A stretch of 64,000 nucleotides of DNA from Candidatus Undinarchaeales archaeon (GTDB taxonomy: Archaea; SpSt-1190; JASMDC01): contig JASMDC010000004.1 of assembly GCA_030753015.1 (NCBI GenBank), positions 32,001 to 96,000 on the forward strand, read 5' to 3'. The notes beneath the pieces are model-generated. The model searched no databases, had not been told where the DNA came from, and saw only the letters and a program-made list of their open reading frames with translations. Positions 27,027 through 36,223 of this stretch are shown in pieces; position 1 is the stretch's first letter; every line of letters starts with the position of its first letter. The translations under genes and the position numbers were made by a program.

Positions 27027-28124
27027 ATGGCTGATATCTCGACGGACATACTCGGTATGAAGATGAAGAATCCGGTGATGCCCGCGGCGGGCCCGCCCTG
27101 CCTTGACGGCGACGCCATGGTGGCGGTCTCCGAGGGTGGTGCTGGTGCCATCGTGGCCAAGACCGTGAGCAGGCAGCCTGCGAAGGTACCCCGACCCTGC
27201 ATGTACCGGATCCGGAACAGCATGCTCAACACCGAGCTCTGGTCCGACCTGCCTGTTGAGCAGTGGATCAAGACCGAGTACAAGAAGGCTCTGTCCACCG
27301 GGCTCCCCCTCATAGCGAGCCTCGGGTACAACGCCGAGGACATCGGTGAGCTGGCGCCCAAGCTAGAGAAGGCCGGTGTCCACGCTCTCGAGCTCTCCAC
27401 CCATTACCTTGGCACCGATCCCAAGCCCATGGTTGACGCCATCAAGGCGGCCAAGGAGGGGACGTCCATCCCCGTGCTGCCCAAGCTCTCCCCCAACATC
27501 CTCGACATCATGGAGTTCGCCCGTGCCGCGGTGAAGGCTGGGGCCGACGGTATCGTCGCCATCAACTCTCTGGGTCCGTGCCTGACCATCGACCTGGAGA
27601 CAGGGATGCCCGTCCTGGGCGGCGACAGCGGGTATGGTTGGGTGTCCGGAGATGCTATCAAGCCAGTGGCCCTTCGGTGCGTATATGACATCGCCCGGGC
27701 CGTGGACGTCCCCGTCATCGGGGTGGGCGGCATCCGCACCGGACGCGACGCAGCCGAGTTCATCATGGCCGGCGCCGCTGGTGTCGGCGTGTGCACGGCG
27801 GCCATCCTCGAGGGACCATCTGTGTTCGGCCGGATCGCTCGCGAGCTCGAAGTGTTCATGACGGCCCACGACTACAGGTCTATCGAAGACATGCGCGGTG
27901 TGGCCATCCGCAACGCCAAGGGGCGCAAGGGCAAGACAACTCCCTCCTATCCCAAGGTCGATGCTGACCTTTGCACGGGATGTGGCGTCTGTGTCAAACA
28001 TTGTATCTACGACGCGCTCACTCTCAAGGACGACGTTGCCCAGGTGGACAGGAAGAAGTGCTATGGCTGCGGGCTATGCACCTCCTACTGCGCTGTGAGG
28101 GCGATCAAGATCAAGTACTGGTGA
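27027..28124 (+). CDS. preA: Dihydropyrimidine/dihydroorotate dehydrogenase family protein with C-terminal 2x[4Fe-4S] (PreA-like)
   Basis: Motifs KNPVMPAAGP, VAKT, KLSPN, GGDSGYGWVSG.AIKP and GVGGI; CTGCGVC and CYGCGLC. Confidence 0.75.
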   Translation: MADISTDILGMKMKNPVMPAAGPPCLDGDAMVAVSEGGAGAIVAKTVSRQPAKVPRPCMYRIRNSMLNTELWSDLPVEQWIKTEYKKALSTGLPLIASLGYNAEDIGELAPKLEKAGVHALELSTHYLGTDPKPMVDAIKAAKEGTSIPVLPKLSPNILDIMEFARAAVKAGADGIVAINSLGPCLTIDLETGMPVLGGDSGYGWVSGDAIKPVALRCVYDIARAVDVPVIGVGGIRTGRDAAEFIMAGAAGVGVCTAAILEGPSVFGRIARELEVFMTAHDYRSIEDMRGVAIRNAKGRKGKTTPSYPKVDADLCTGCGVCVKHCIYDALTLKDDVAQVDRKKCYGCGLCTSYCAVRAIKIKYW

Positions 28125-28129
28125 TTATC

Positions 28130-29374
28130 ATGGCTGACCTCGTTGTGCGCAACGCTCTTCTCAGGGGCGCGGACAAGACCGTGGACATCGTCATCGATCA
28201 GGGCCGTATCGCCGCCCTGGAGCCCAAGTTCGGGGGACAGGCATCGACCGAGGTGGACGCGGCGGGCGGGCTGGTGCTCCCCAGCTTCACCGATCCCCAC
28301 ATCCACCTGGACAAGGTGCTCATCTCAGAGGTCGTACGGGACAACGTGTCCGGTAACCTTGAGGAGGCCATCGCGATCATCTGGGAGAAGAAGAAGCGCT
28401 ACACCCTCGACGACATCATGGGGCGGGCCGGCAGGACCGTCCAATGGGCGGTACTGAACGGGACCACACGCCTCTGTAGTCATGTGGACGTGGACACCGT
28501 TGGCGGTCTCATGCCCCTTAAGGGTGTGCTCGCGGCCCGTGAGAAGTGCAAGGATATAGCCGATCTCCGGATCGTCGCGTTCCCCCAGGAGGGGATCGTC
28601 CAGGACGAGGGGTGCAAGGAGCTTATGTGGAAGGCCATGGAGATGGGCGCGGACATCGTAGGAGGAATGCCCTTCAACGAGATGACGTCCGACGATTCTA
28701 AAAAGCACCTGGACATCTGCTTCGAGATCGCTAAGGAGCATGATGCGCCCTTGGACATGCACGTTGACGAGACCGACAATCCGAACGCTCGGACCCTGGA
28801 GGAGTACGCCACGCGGGCCATCAAGAACGGATTTGTGGGTCGCGTGACGGCCGGCCACACCTGTGCTCTGTCCGCGTACGACGACCACCACGCTGCCAAG
28901 GTCATAGGGCTGGTGAAGCGAGCCCAGATGAACATGATCACTAATCCCGCCACGAACCTTATGCTCCAAGGCAGGCTGGACATCGGTAATATCCGCCGTG
29001 GGCTCACCCGTGTCAAGGAGCTACTGGCTGCTGGTGTGAACGTAGCCTACGGTCAGGACTGTGTCAAGGACACATTCTACCCGACCTTCGGCCAGTGCGA
29101 CCTTCTAGAGGTTGGGCTCCTGTGCGCCCATGCGGTCCAGCTGTCCATGCCGAATGAGATCGAAACGCTCATGGACATGCCCACTGTGAACGCGTCACGG
29201 ATGTTCGAGGTGGCGGACTACGGCATCGCTGCCGGTAACACCGCCGATCTCGTGGTGCTCGCCGAGAAGAGCCCGCAGGAGGCATTCCGCACGCACCTGC
29301 CCCGACCTGCGGTCATCAAAGGCGGTCGCATCGTGGCCCGATCATCGATCACACGGGAGCTGGTGCGCGGCTGA
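28130..29374 (+). CDS. codA: Cytosine deaminase-like amidohydrolase
   Basis: Motifs DPHIHLDK, SHVDV, VAFPQEG, DMHVDE, AGHTCA, RRGLTRVKEL and GQD. Confidence 0.85.
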   Translation: MADLVVRNALLRGADKTVDIVIDQGRIAALEPKFGGQASTEVDAAGGLVLPSFTDPHIHLDKVLISEVVRDNVSGNLEEAIAIIWEKKKRYTLDDIMGRAGRTVQWAVLNGTTRLCSHVDVDTVGGLMPLKGVLAAREKCKDIADLRIVAFPQEGIVQDEGCKELMWKAMEMGADIVGGMPFNEMTSDDSKKHLDICFEIAKEHDAPLDMHVDETDNPNARTLEEYATRAIKNGFVGRVTAGHTCALSAYDDHHAAKVIGLVKRAQMNMITNPATNLMLQGRLDIGNIRRGLTRVKELLAAGVNVAYGQDCVKDTFYPTFGQCDLLEVGLLCAHAVQLSMPNEIETLMDMPTVNASRMFEVADYGIAAGNTADLVVLAEKSPQEAFRTHLPRPAVIKGGRIVARSSITRELVRG

Positions 29375-29379
29375 GGACC

Positions 29380-29721
29380 ATGGGTACCGAGGACGAGCGC
29401 CTGTCGCAGGCCCAGGGAGTAATCCGCGCGTATATGCAACGAGCCCAGGTAACAATCGACGGTCTGAAAAAGGAGAACGCCTCCCTCAAGCAGGAGGTGC
29501 GCCGGCTCAAGACCGACATCGACCGGATGGTCTCCGAGCTAAAGCGGGACCTCACGGGCGAGCTGAGCGAGCTGCGGGGCGTGGAGCAGAACGTCGGTGG
29601 GTTCATGTCGAACTACAACCAGCAGCTGGAAATGCTGCGACGAGAACTGGCAGAACTGGAAGGGCGCCTCGGTGCTCTCGAGCAGTTCCGCCACGACCAG
29701 GAGAACAAAGGCATCTTCTAA
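29380..29721 (+). CDS. Coiled-coil protein of unknown function
   Basis: 113 aa with continuous heptad pattern and an RBS-like GAGG upstream. Confidence 0.7.
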   Translation: MGTEDERLSQAQGVIRAYMQRAQVTIDGLKKENASLKQEVRRLKTDIDRMVSELKRDLTGELSELRGVEQNVGGFMSNYNQQLEMLRRELAELEGRLGALEQFRHDQENKGIF

Positions 29722-29727
29722 CGGACG

Positions 29728-30159
29728 GTGAAGATTATGGAGTGTACAGCATGCGATATGATGGTGACTGAAGTGATCACCCTTGATGAGGCGATGCTGC
29801 TGGAGGAGGCCATCGCCAAGATGACCCATCACCGGGTGCACGCCGCTCCCGTTGTCCATGAGAGCATAGTAGTTGGCCTCCTCTCCGAACGCGACATCAT
29901 CGCTCTACTCGACGGGGCTCCCTACGCCCGTTTCTTCAAGTCCCACCACTCCCTGCGCGAAGAGGCGGAACGCGTGGGGGCCATGGAGGTCAAGGACGCC
30001 ATGGATCCCGACTTCGAGTGGCTGAATCCCGACGATACCGTGTACGACGCGGCCCGGCTGCTCCACGAGACCGGCCAGCGCATCCTGCCCGTCATCCGCA
30101 ACGGGCAGCTGGAGGGCATCATCACCCGCTCCACGATCCTGGAGCACTTGGTGAACTAG
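29728..30159 (+). CDS. CBS-pair protein
   Basis: Motifs AAPVV..VVGLLSERD and LPVI..LEGIITR. Confidence 0.85.
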   Translation: MKIMECTACDMMVTEVITLDEAMLLEEAIAKMTHHRVHAAPVVHESIVVGLLSERDIIALLDGAPYARFFKSHHSLREEAERVGAMEVKDAMDPDFEWLNPDDTVYDAARLLHETGQRILPVIRNGQLEGIITRSTILEHLVN

Positions 30160-30165
30160 GAGGTC

Positions 30166-30636
30166 ATGACCATGTTCCAGACCACCGTTGAGAGCGTGAT
30201 GGAGGAACGGTTCCCTGCCGTTTCCCCCAACGAGACCATCGAGGAGGCGGTCCATACCCTCCACGAGACAGGAATCGGCGAGATACCTGTAGAGGAGGAC
30301 AACATCATCCGCGGGATGCTACGGGAGAAGGACCTGTTGCGCCTGGGGGAGCTGGACCTCAATCCCTCGGACCCGTTCTTCCTCTTCACCGTGCTGTTCT
30401 CAACGCCTGCGGACGAGATCCAGCGCCATGTGGAGATCCTCAACAAGGGACGCGTGCGGGATGTCATGCGTAAGAAGTTCGAGCGGCTCGCGCCCGACGA
30501 CGTTGTGAAGAAGGCCATCCACCTCCTGGCCACCGGCGACGAGGTTCTTCCCGTCGTGGATGACGATGATCATCTGCTCGGGATCGTCACACGGGACTCC
30601 GTGCTCCGGCATGTTGTCCGACACGAGCCTGTGTAA
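30166..30636 (+). CDS. CBS-pair protein
   Basis: Motifs IPV..IRGMLREKD and LPVVD..LLGIVTRD; GGAGG RBS. Confidence 0.85.
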   Translation: MTMFQTTVESVMEERFPAVSPNETIEEAVHTLHETGIGEIPVEEDNIIRGMLREKDLLRLGELDLNPSDPFFLFTVLFSTPADEIQRHVEILNKGRVRDVMRKKFERLAPDDVVKKAIHLLATGDEVLPVVDDDDHLLGIVTRDSVLRHVVRHEPV

Positions 30637-30800
30637 ACGCCTCCAGCAGTACCTGTATCTGGAATGCTCTTCAATCCTGATACATCTCCATCGAGATCAT
30701 CTCCAAGGTCTGGTATTTCAAATGACAGCTTTTACAAGAATCGTGGAGAACAGATTTTCCGCTCATAAACCTTTTATCTTCTGACCCCGTCCTCCTACCC

Positions 30801-31886
30801 ATGCCTTCAAGGGATCTTGACGAGGACATCGTCGGGCCCATTGTCAGATCCCTAATTACGAACGACATGTCCGATGTGGAGCGTGCTGAGGTCCTCCATG
30901 ACTGGATAGTGGAGAACATCGACTTCGGGTACGAGACGTTGATGAGGGCTGAGGATCCCTATCGGCTTCGTTCGACAAGGGAATGTCTCGAACAGCACGA
31001 AGGTAACTGCATCGAGCAATCGCTCATGTGGTTGACCATGGCAGAGGTCGTAGGCATCAAGCGACCGTACCTCGTCATCAGCTATGGCGCCCCCTCCGCG
31101 CTCATCGCCATCGCTGCCGTGGGAGGAGGGGATACGGGGATTACACGCTGGCTCATTCGTACAATGCTCACATTGGTACTCCGCCCCATCATGTGGTATG
31201 AACAACGGACGCGCCGACAATCGCCTGGGGACCGTCATTATTTCAACGCGGTCCGGGACGACGATGGACACATCCATGCGTTCGACATCAGTTACCGCAT
31301 GAAAGGCGCCCTGCCGGTCCTGCGAACGAATTGGACGTTCCTAGAGCCGAAGGACGCTCGCGAGCATTTCGCAGACAACGACAACATCGCTCGGACGACC
31401 ATGGAGACGCTCATCAGGAATCCCGCCATCCCCTTACGAGTGATGAGCACGAGGTCCGAGGGTTCATCTACACATGAGATTCACCATCTGCTGCGTGGAT
31501 CGGACGGTGCACCTCACATCAAGGTCACGGTCAACCACACCTGGGAGAGCCCCCGTTCGAAGATCGTGGAGATCCTGGACATCCGCTTCGACCATCGTTC
31601 ATTGAGACCGGTACATGGCGAGTACTCCTATTGTGAGCGTCGGCAGTCATTGGGCCCTTTCATGAGAACGGTCCATCTGCAGCATGGAGGAATGGTGATC
31701 AAGGACGACGGGACGGACCTCTCAGGGGATGAGAAGACCCGATCGCGAATGATGGAGCTCTATAGGCATGTCGAAGGTCTCTCGCCCCCTACGCCGGAGT
31801 TCTCATCCGACGGGAACGTGTCAGCACCAGGCACCCTCTCCATCATGCTCCAACGACTTGCCCTGATCATCAGGAGAGTACGGTGA
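30801..31886 (+). CDS. Transglutaminase-like (papain-fold) domain protein
   Basis: LHDWIVENIDF, then EGNCIEQS (Cys), HYFN (His) and FDIS (Asp). Confidence 0.65.
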   Translation: MPSRDLDEDIVGPIVRSLITNDMSDVERAEVLHDWIVENIDFGYETLMRAEDPYRLRSTRECLEQHEGNCIEQSLMWLTMAEVVGIKRPYLVISYGAPSALIAIAAVGGGDTGITRWLIRTMLTLVLRPIMWYEQRTRRQSPGDRHYFNAVRDDDGHIHAFDISYRMKGALPVLRTNWTFLEPKDAREHFADNDNIARTTMETLIRNPAIPLRVMSTRSEGSSTHEIHHLLRGSDGAPHIKVTVNHTWESPRSKIVEILDIRFDHRSLRPVHGEYSYCERRQSLGPFMRTVHLQHGGMVIKDDGTDLSGDEKTRSRMMELYRHVEGLSPPTPEFSSDGNVSAPGTLSIMLQRLALIIRRVR

Positions 31887-31953
31887 AGACTGCCAGCAAT
31901 GCGCTGCAGTCCAACTGTCCTCATGGCGAACGAGCCCCAGTAATGTGTGCTAC

Positions 31954-33789
31954 CTATGGGCACGAGACCTTGTATACCCTGTCCCCGCCACGATTGAAGA
32001 CCTGTACGAACACGCTCGCTGCGGGACCGTTCTCCGGATGCAGATAGACATAGTCTATACCGTAGCGATCAAGGAGACCGCAATCCCCTTTGACCATGCG
32101 CTCCGTGTCCGCCAGCGCCTCCTTGTAATCGATACCGACGAACTCCATATTGATGTACCACCCCATATACGTCCTTCTCCCCGCGAGCGAGGTCACGGCA
32201 CTGTAAGGATTGAAGAAGTAGCTATCTTTGTACGGCGGTGGTGTGAGCAAAATTGCATCGGGCGGCGTATTGTCGCGAACCCATTCCGCGACCGCGATGG
32301 AATCGTTCGTGAACAGGATGCTCGGGCTCGATAAGGTCGGATTATCGGGATCAAACATGAACATGGGTCCGAGATAGAGCACGCTCGATGCGAGCACGGG
32401 CACGACAAGGATAAGCCCGATAGGTCCCTTTCGTAGGGCTCGTAAAGCACCCTCGCATAATACGGGAAGTGAGCCCACCAACCAAAGAACGACCATCTTC
32501 GAACTGTCCCATTCCTTTGGCTGGAGTATAACGATATTCGGGATGATGAGTAAGGGCAAGGATGCGAGGACGAGAACGCGGGCCGACCGTGGGAGGCCTC
32601 GAAGACCAAGAGCGTACAGAATGAGCATGAAGCCGAGGTTCTTTATCCAGAATCCCGCGACCTCGAGCGGACCAGTACCCTCGTCAAGCATCCACCACCA
32701 TGACTGACGTATGAAACCCTGCTGAGAGAACTGACCTGACATGGCCATGACCTGCGGGATGGCTAATATGGCTATTGGAACGAGAAAACAGAGTGCATCG
32801 GAAGCGCCGCGCTTGTCACGAAGCTCCATGAGGGCCACCCCCGCGAACACAACGCAGGAGGCGAGGAAGGAGTGCGCATGATACATGGGGAGGAGGCCCG
32901 CGATAAGGCCCGCGAGAGCGAGCTCATAACGCCGGTTGGCGCATCTTTTTGACACGGCCCTTCCCAATAGCAGGAGTATTGCAGAGAAAGCGCAGATTCC
33001 TATCACGGTCGTACGCTGTGGGAGCAGGAATGCCCAGACGGTATTGTGGATGTGGAAACCAAGATCTGATAGACTGAGCGGGTTCCTGATCCCGTAGGCC
33101 GAGGCATAGAGGAACTGGAGGCCACCTGCATAACAGAGCAGGATCGGTGCGAGGCTAGCTACATGATCGTCCTCAAGCACATGCCGGACAAGGGAGTAGA
33201 CCAGGGTCGCACAGCAGGCGTACATCACCATGTCCGGCACGAGGAGCGAGAGCCGCAGGGATGCACCAAGGTCCACGAGTATGGCCGATATGAAATCTAT
33301 CAGGAACGGATACCTCACGGGAATGGACGGGAAGAACGGATAGACGGGAGGTATGTTGCCGCCGTAAGTAAAGGACGAAATGAGCGACAGATGGAAGGGT
33401 ATGTCCCACCACGTTTGCTGCTGTGAATACATCCCCTCGGGCCCGCGAGGGATGTTCGCCAATGACGCAAGAAGCCATAGCGGAACGAGAACGACGAAAA
33501 GAGCTGCACTGAACGTGATCGGAAGCGTGTAGGAGCGGCGGGACGGACGTGAGATGGCAAGCGACAGGAGCGCCAGAGTGCACACGACCGACATCGACAG
33601 GAGGGGTGAGAGACCTCCCTTCAGGACCGTCAACTGGTAGATGATATGCCCTGTCAATAGCGTACCGAGAACGAAGGAAAGACAGCCTTGGGTCTCAGTG
33701 GGCAGGTCATCCAACCTGGAGACGGGGCCAAAGCCGACGACCATACAGAGGGCCAGGAAGATGAACGGTCCAAGCACGGCAGGAAGCAC
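31954..33789 (-). CDS. Polytopic membrane protein, putative GT-C glycosyltransferase
   Basis: Motifs WWDIPFHLSLISSF, YPFLIDF, PQRT, HAHSF, WVRDNTPPDA..LAGRR and YGIDYVY. The likely start is GTG at 33789. Confidence 0.65.
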   Translation of the reverse strand: MLPAVLGPFIFLALCMVVGFGPVSRLDDLPTETQGCLSFVLGTLLTGHIIYQLTVLKGGLSPLLSMSVVCTLALLSLAISRPSRRSYTLPITFSAALFVVLVPLWLLASLANIPRGPEGMYSQQQTWWDIPFHLSLISSFTYGGNIPPVYPFFPSIPVRYPFLIDFISAILVDLGASLRLSLLVPDMVMYACCATLVYSLVRHVLEDDHVASLAPILLCYAGGLQFLYASAYGIRNPLSLSDLGFHIHNTVWAFLLPQRTTVIGICAFSAILLLLGRAVSKRCANRRYELALAGLIAGLLPMYHAHSFLASCVVFAGVALMELRDKRGASDALCFLVPIAILAIPQVMAMSGQFSQQGFIRQSWWWMLDEGTGPLEVAGFWIKNLGFMLILYALGLRGLPRSARVLVLASLPLLIIPNIVILQPKEWDSSKMVVLWLVGSLPVLCEGALRALRKGPIGLILVVPVLASSVLYLGPMFMFDPDNPTLSSPSILFTNDSIAVAEWVRDNTPPDAILLTPPPYKDSYFFNPYSAVTSLAGRRTYMGWYINMEFVGIDYKEALADTERMVKGDCGLLDRYGIDYVYLHPENGPAASVFVQVFNRGGDRVYKVSCP

Positions 33790-33854
33790 GTCAATCAAAT
33801 TATAAGTGTTGATATGGCGGGGTGGTCGATCCGTCACAGGTGTCCATATACAGG

Positions 33855-35201
33855 TTATCCTTGACCGGCCCCATCCCATCGAAGGTATGCCTTCACGTCA
33901 TCGACCGCTGTCGCTGAGGCCTGGATTGTATTGTTGATGTTCCTGCTGAAGGGATAGACCTGGAAGCTTCCTGCCATGAAGAGCCCTTCGATATCCGTCC
34001 TGGGGCGAGGCATGTGGTCGCCATACTCCGTCAAGAACTGCGGTGTCGCGTACTCGTCTCTGGCAAGGGCACTCCAGATGACGTCCTCTTCGCTGAGGTC
34101 CGGGAAGATCCTCTCAAGGCCTGTGAGCACCTCGTGTCGAATACGAGCCTCGTCCATCGTCCACCATGGGTCCGACGTATCGAGATATCTGAAAATATAC
34201 ACGATGTGCTCACCCGTATAATCATTTTCTGGAACAAGGTTGGTGTGCTCGATGATACCTCCGAAGGGAAGCCCTTCATCCAGAATATTGAGCCAGTAGT
34301 ATGGCATCAATCGGCGCTTGAGGCCAATGGTCAGGCAGAGGACGGCACGGTAGCTGATTCGGGAGAGACGTGCTCTTGTCTCGGAGGGGGGATTACTCAA
34401 CAGTTGGAGAAGCAATGGGATTGGAAGGGTATTCAGTACTGCATCCGATCTGATTACTTCCTCTGTACCATCGATATTGACCCTGATAGAGAACCCGGTA
34501 TCACTCCGTTCGAGGGAACGCACATCGGCCCCAGTCGCGATGTGTCCCCCCCTTTCCTCGATGCCCCTCTTCCATGCCTCGATGAGCCGGTGGAAACCGC
34601 CATGGATATAGCCGAGCCTCTCTTTGACCATGCCAGGACCACGAGCACCGACGCGGGCTTGTAGGCGACCGCCCACGAACGCCGCGGAGGCCTTGTCCAT
34701 CGATAATCCGAACTTCGTGAGGAGCAAGGGACGGAACATCTTCCTGTAGATCGATTCTCCATATGTCGCAATGAGCCAATGCTCGGCATCCACCCCATCA
34801 AGATGTTCCCAATCGAGCTCTCCCCTCATTCGCAGAGTCTGGACGCCCAACCTGATCCTCTCAATCAAGTTCAGTGGACCGAATCGCAACAGGTCCAATG
34901 GCGTGTTCAGATCGTAGAATGTTCCCTCGAAGTAGAATCCTGTCTTTCCTGAACGCCACATTACATCGTCCGCCAAGCCCATCTCGTCGAGAAGTTCGAG
35001 GAGCGAAGTGTCGGTGGGAAAGATATGGTGGTAGTACCTCTCGATGCGATAGGTCGTTCGATCATGGTCCGAACAGAGCCCCCCGAGACTGTCCTCTTTC
35101 TCGATGAGCAAGGGAGTAACACCGGCCTTTGCTAGGAGGTACGCTGCATGAAGACCGGCTACGCCGCCACCAAGGACCGCGATACGGACGTCCTTTATCA
35201 T
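33855..35201 (-). CDS. FAD-dependent oxidoreductase (protoporphyrinogen oxidase/amine oxidase-like, glycan-cluster type)
   Basis: Motifs VLGGGVAGL..A, EKE..LGG, ERYYHHIF and IIEHTN. Confidence 0.85.
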   Translation of the reverse strand: MIKDVRIAVLGGGVAGLHAAYLLAKAGVTPLLIEKEDSLGGLCSDHDRTTYRIERYYHHIFPTDTSLLELLDEMGLADDVMWRSGKTGFYFEGTFYDLNTPLDLLRFGPLNLIERIRLGVQTLRMRGELDWEHLDGVDAEHWLIATYGESIYRKMFRPLLLTKFGLSMDKASAAFVGGRLQARVGARGPGMVKERLGYIHGGFHRLIEAWKRGIEERGGHIATGADVRSLERSDTGFSIRVNIDGTEEVIRSDAVLNTLPIPLLLQLLSNPPSETRARLSRISYRAVLCLTIGLKRRLMPYYWLNILDEGLPFGGIIEHTNLVPENDYTGEHIVYIFRYLDTSDPWWTMDEARIRHEVLTGLERIFPDLSEEDVIWSALARDEYATPQFLTEYGDHMPRPRTDIEGLFMAGSFQVYPFSRNINNTIQASATAVDDVKAYLRWDGAGQG

Positions 35202-36154
35202 GGTCCGATTCTCTCTCGTATCGAATAGTTACGGGTAGAGGCCATTCTATAGAAGATCCGTACTTGTACCTCGAAGAGGAAGCCGAAACATATGAACAGG
35301 AAGCCAAGGATGACGCATACTATCCCGATGAGCTGGATGGGCCCGATGAACACTTCCTGGCCGATGACAAAGAAGAGATAGATCTGTTGGCCAAGCTTCA
35401 GTGCTCCTGCCAAGAAACCGGTAATGACAAGGAAGAGTCCGAGACGACCGAAGAGGTGGAGCGGTCTGTTGGAGAAGGTGGACCAGAAAGTTATGTACAG
35501 AAGGTCCAGGATCCCGTTCACGAGTCGGGCCGAGCCGTATTTCGTAACACCATGTCGCCGGGGATGGTGCGTCACCGCCACTTCGGCGATACGAAATCCT
35601 TGTGCATGGAGGAGCGCAGGGATGTAGCGGTGCATCTCACCAAAGAGGTCGAGGTGGCTCACCGCCTCTCGCGAGAAGCATTTGAGGGTGCAACCCGAGT
35701 CGTGGATGTCAAGCCCGGTCAGTCTTTTATGGAGCCAGTTCGATATGAGGGAGGGAAAGCGCTTGGAGAGAAATGGGTCCTTCCGGTCCGATCGCCACCC
35801 TGTCACGACATCGAAGCCCTCGTCCATCTTCTCAAGAAGCTTCGGGATGTCCTCCGGATCGTTCTGGAGGTCGGCATCGAGAGTTATGATGACCTCACCC
35901 TGTGCTTCCTTGAAACCGGCGTCCATGGCCGCGCCCTGACCGAAGTTCCTCCTGAAAACGAGGGCGCGGACCTTGGGGTCCTTCTGAACGAGTCCAGCAA
36001 GGACCTCACGCGTCCCGTCACGGCTCCCATCATCGACAATGATTATCTCGTAGGAACGCTCCATCCTCTGGAGGGTAGCCATCAGAGCATCATAGAGTTC
36101 GGGAATACTCTCGGCCTCGTTGAACGCAGGAACAATGATTGATAGCTCCACCAT
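35198..36154 (-). CDS. GT2 polyprenol-phosphate glycosyltransferase (DPM/ArnC-like)
   Basis: Motifs SIIVPAFNE, VDDGSRD, RRNFGQ, LDADLQNDP and EMHRYIP; two C-terminal TMs. Confidence 0.92.
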   Translation of the reverse strand: MVELSIIVPAFNEAESIPELYDALMATLQRMERSYEIIIVDDGSRDGTREVLAGLVQKDPKVRALVFRRNFGQGAAMDAGFKEAQGEVIITLDADLQNDPEDIPKLLEKMDEGFDVVTGWRSDRKDPFLSKRFPSLISNWLHKRLTGLDIHDSGCTLKCFSREAVSHLDLFGEMHRYIPALLHAQGFRIAEVAVTHHPRRHGVTKYGSARLVNGILDLLYITFWSTFSNRPLHLFGRLGLFLVITGFLAGALKLGQQIYLFFVIGQEVFIGPIQLIGIVCVILGFLFICFGFLFEVQVRIFYRMASTRNYSIRERIGP

Positions 36155-36223
36155 CCTTTGACGAACATGTAATGCATCGCCTTCTTTTTTAAATGTGATA
36201 ATTACTCCATAGGTTGTTTTCCC

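Noticed and set aside
35129-36142. 337-aa plus-strand ORF and other long antisense ORFs (e.g. 15379-16608, 52902-54383, 59049-60143)
   Set aside because: They are shadows of well-supported genes on the opposite strand, as expected in high-GC DNA.
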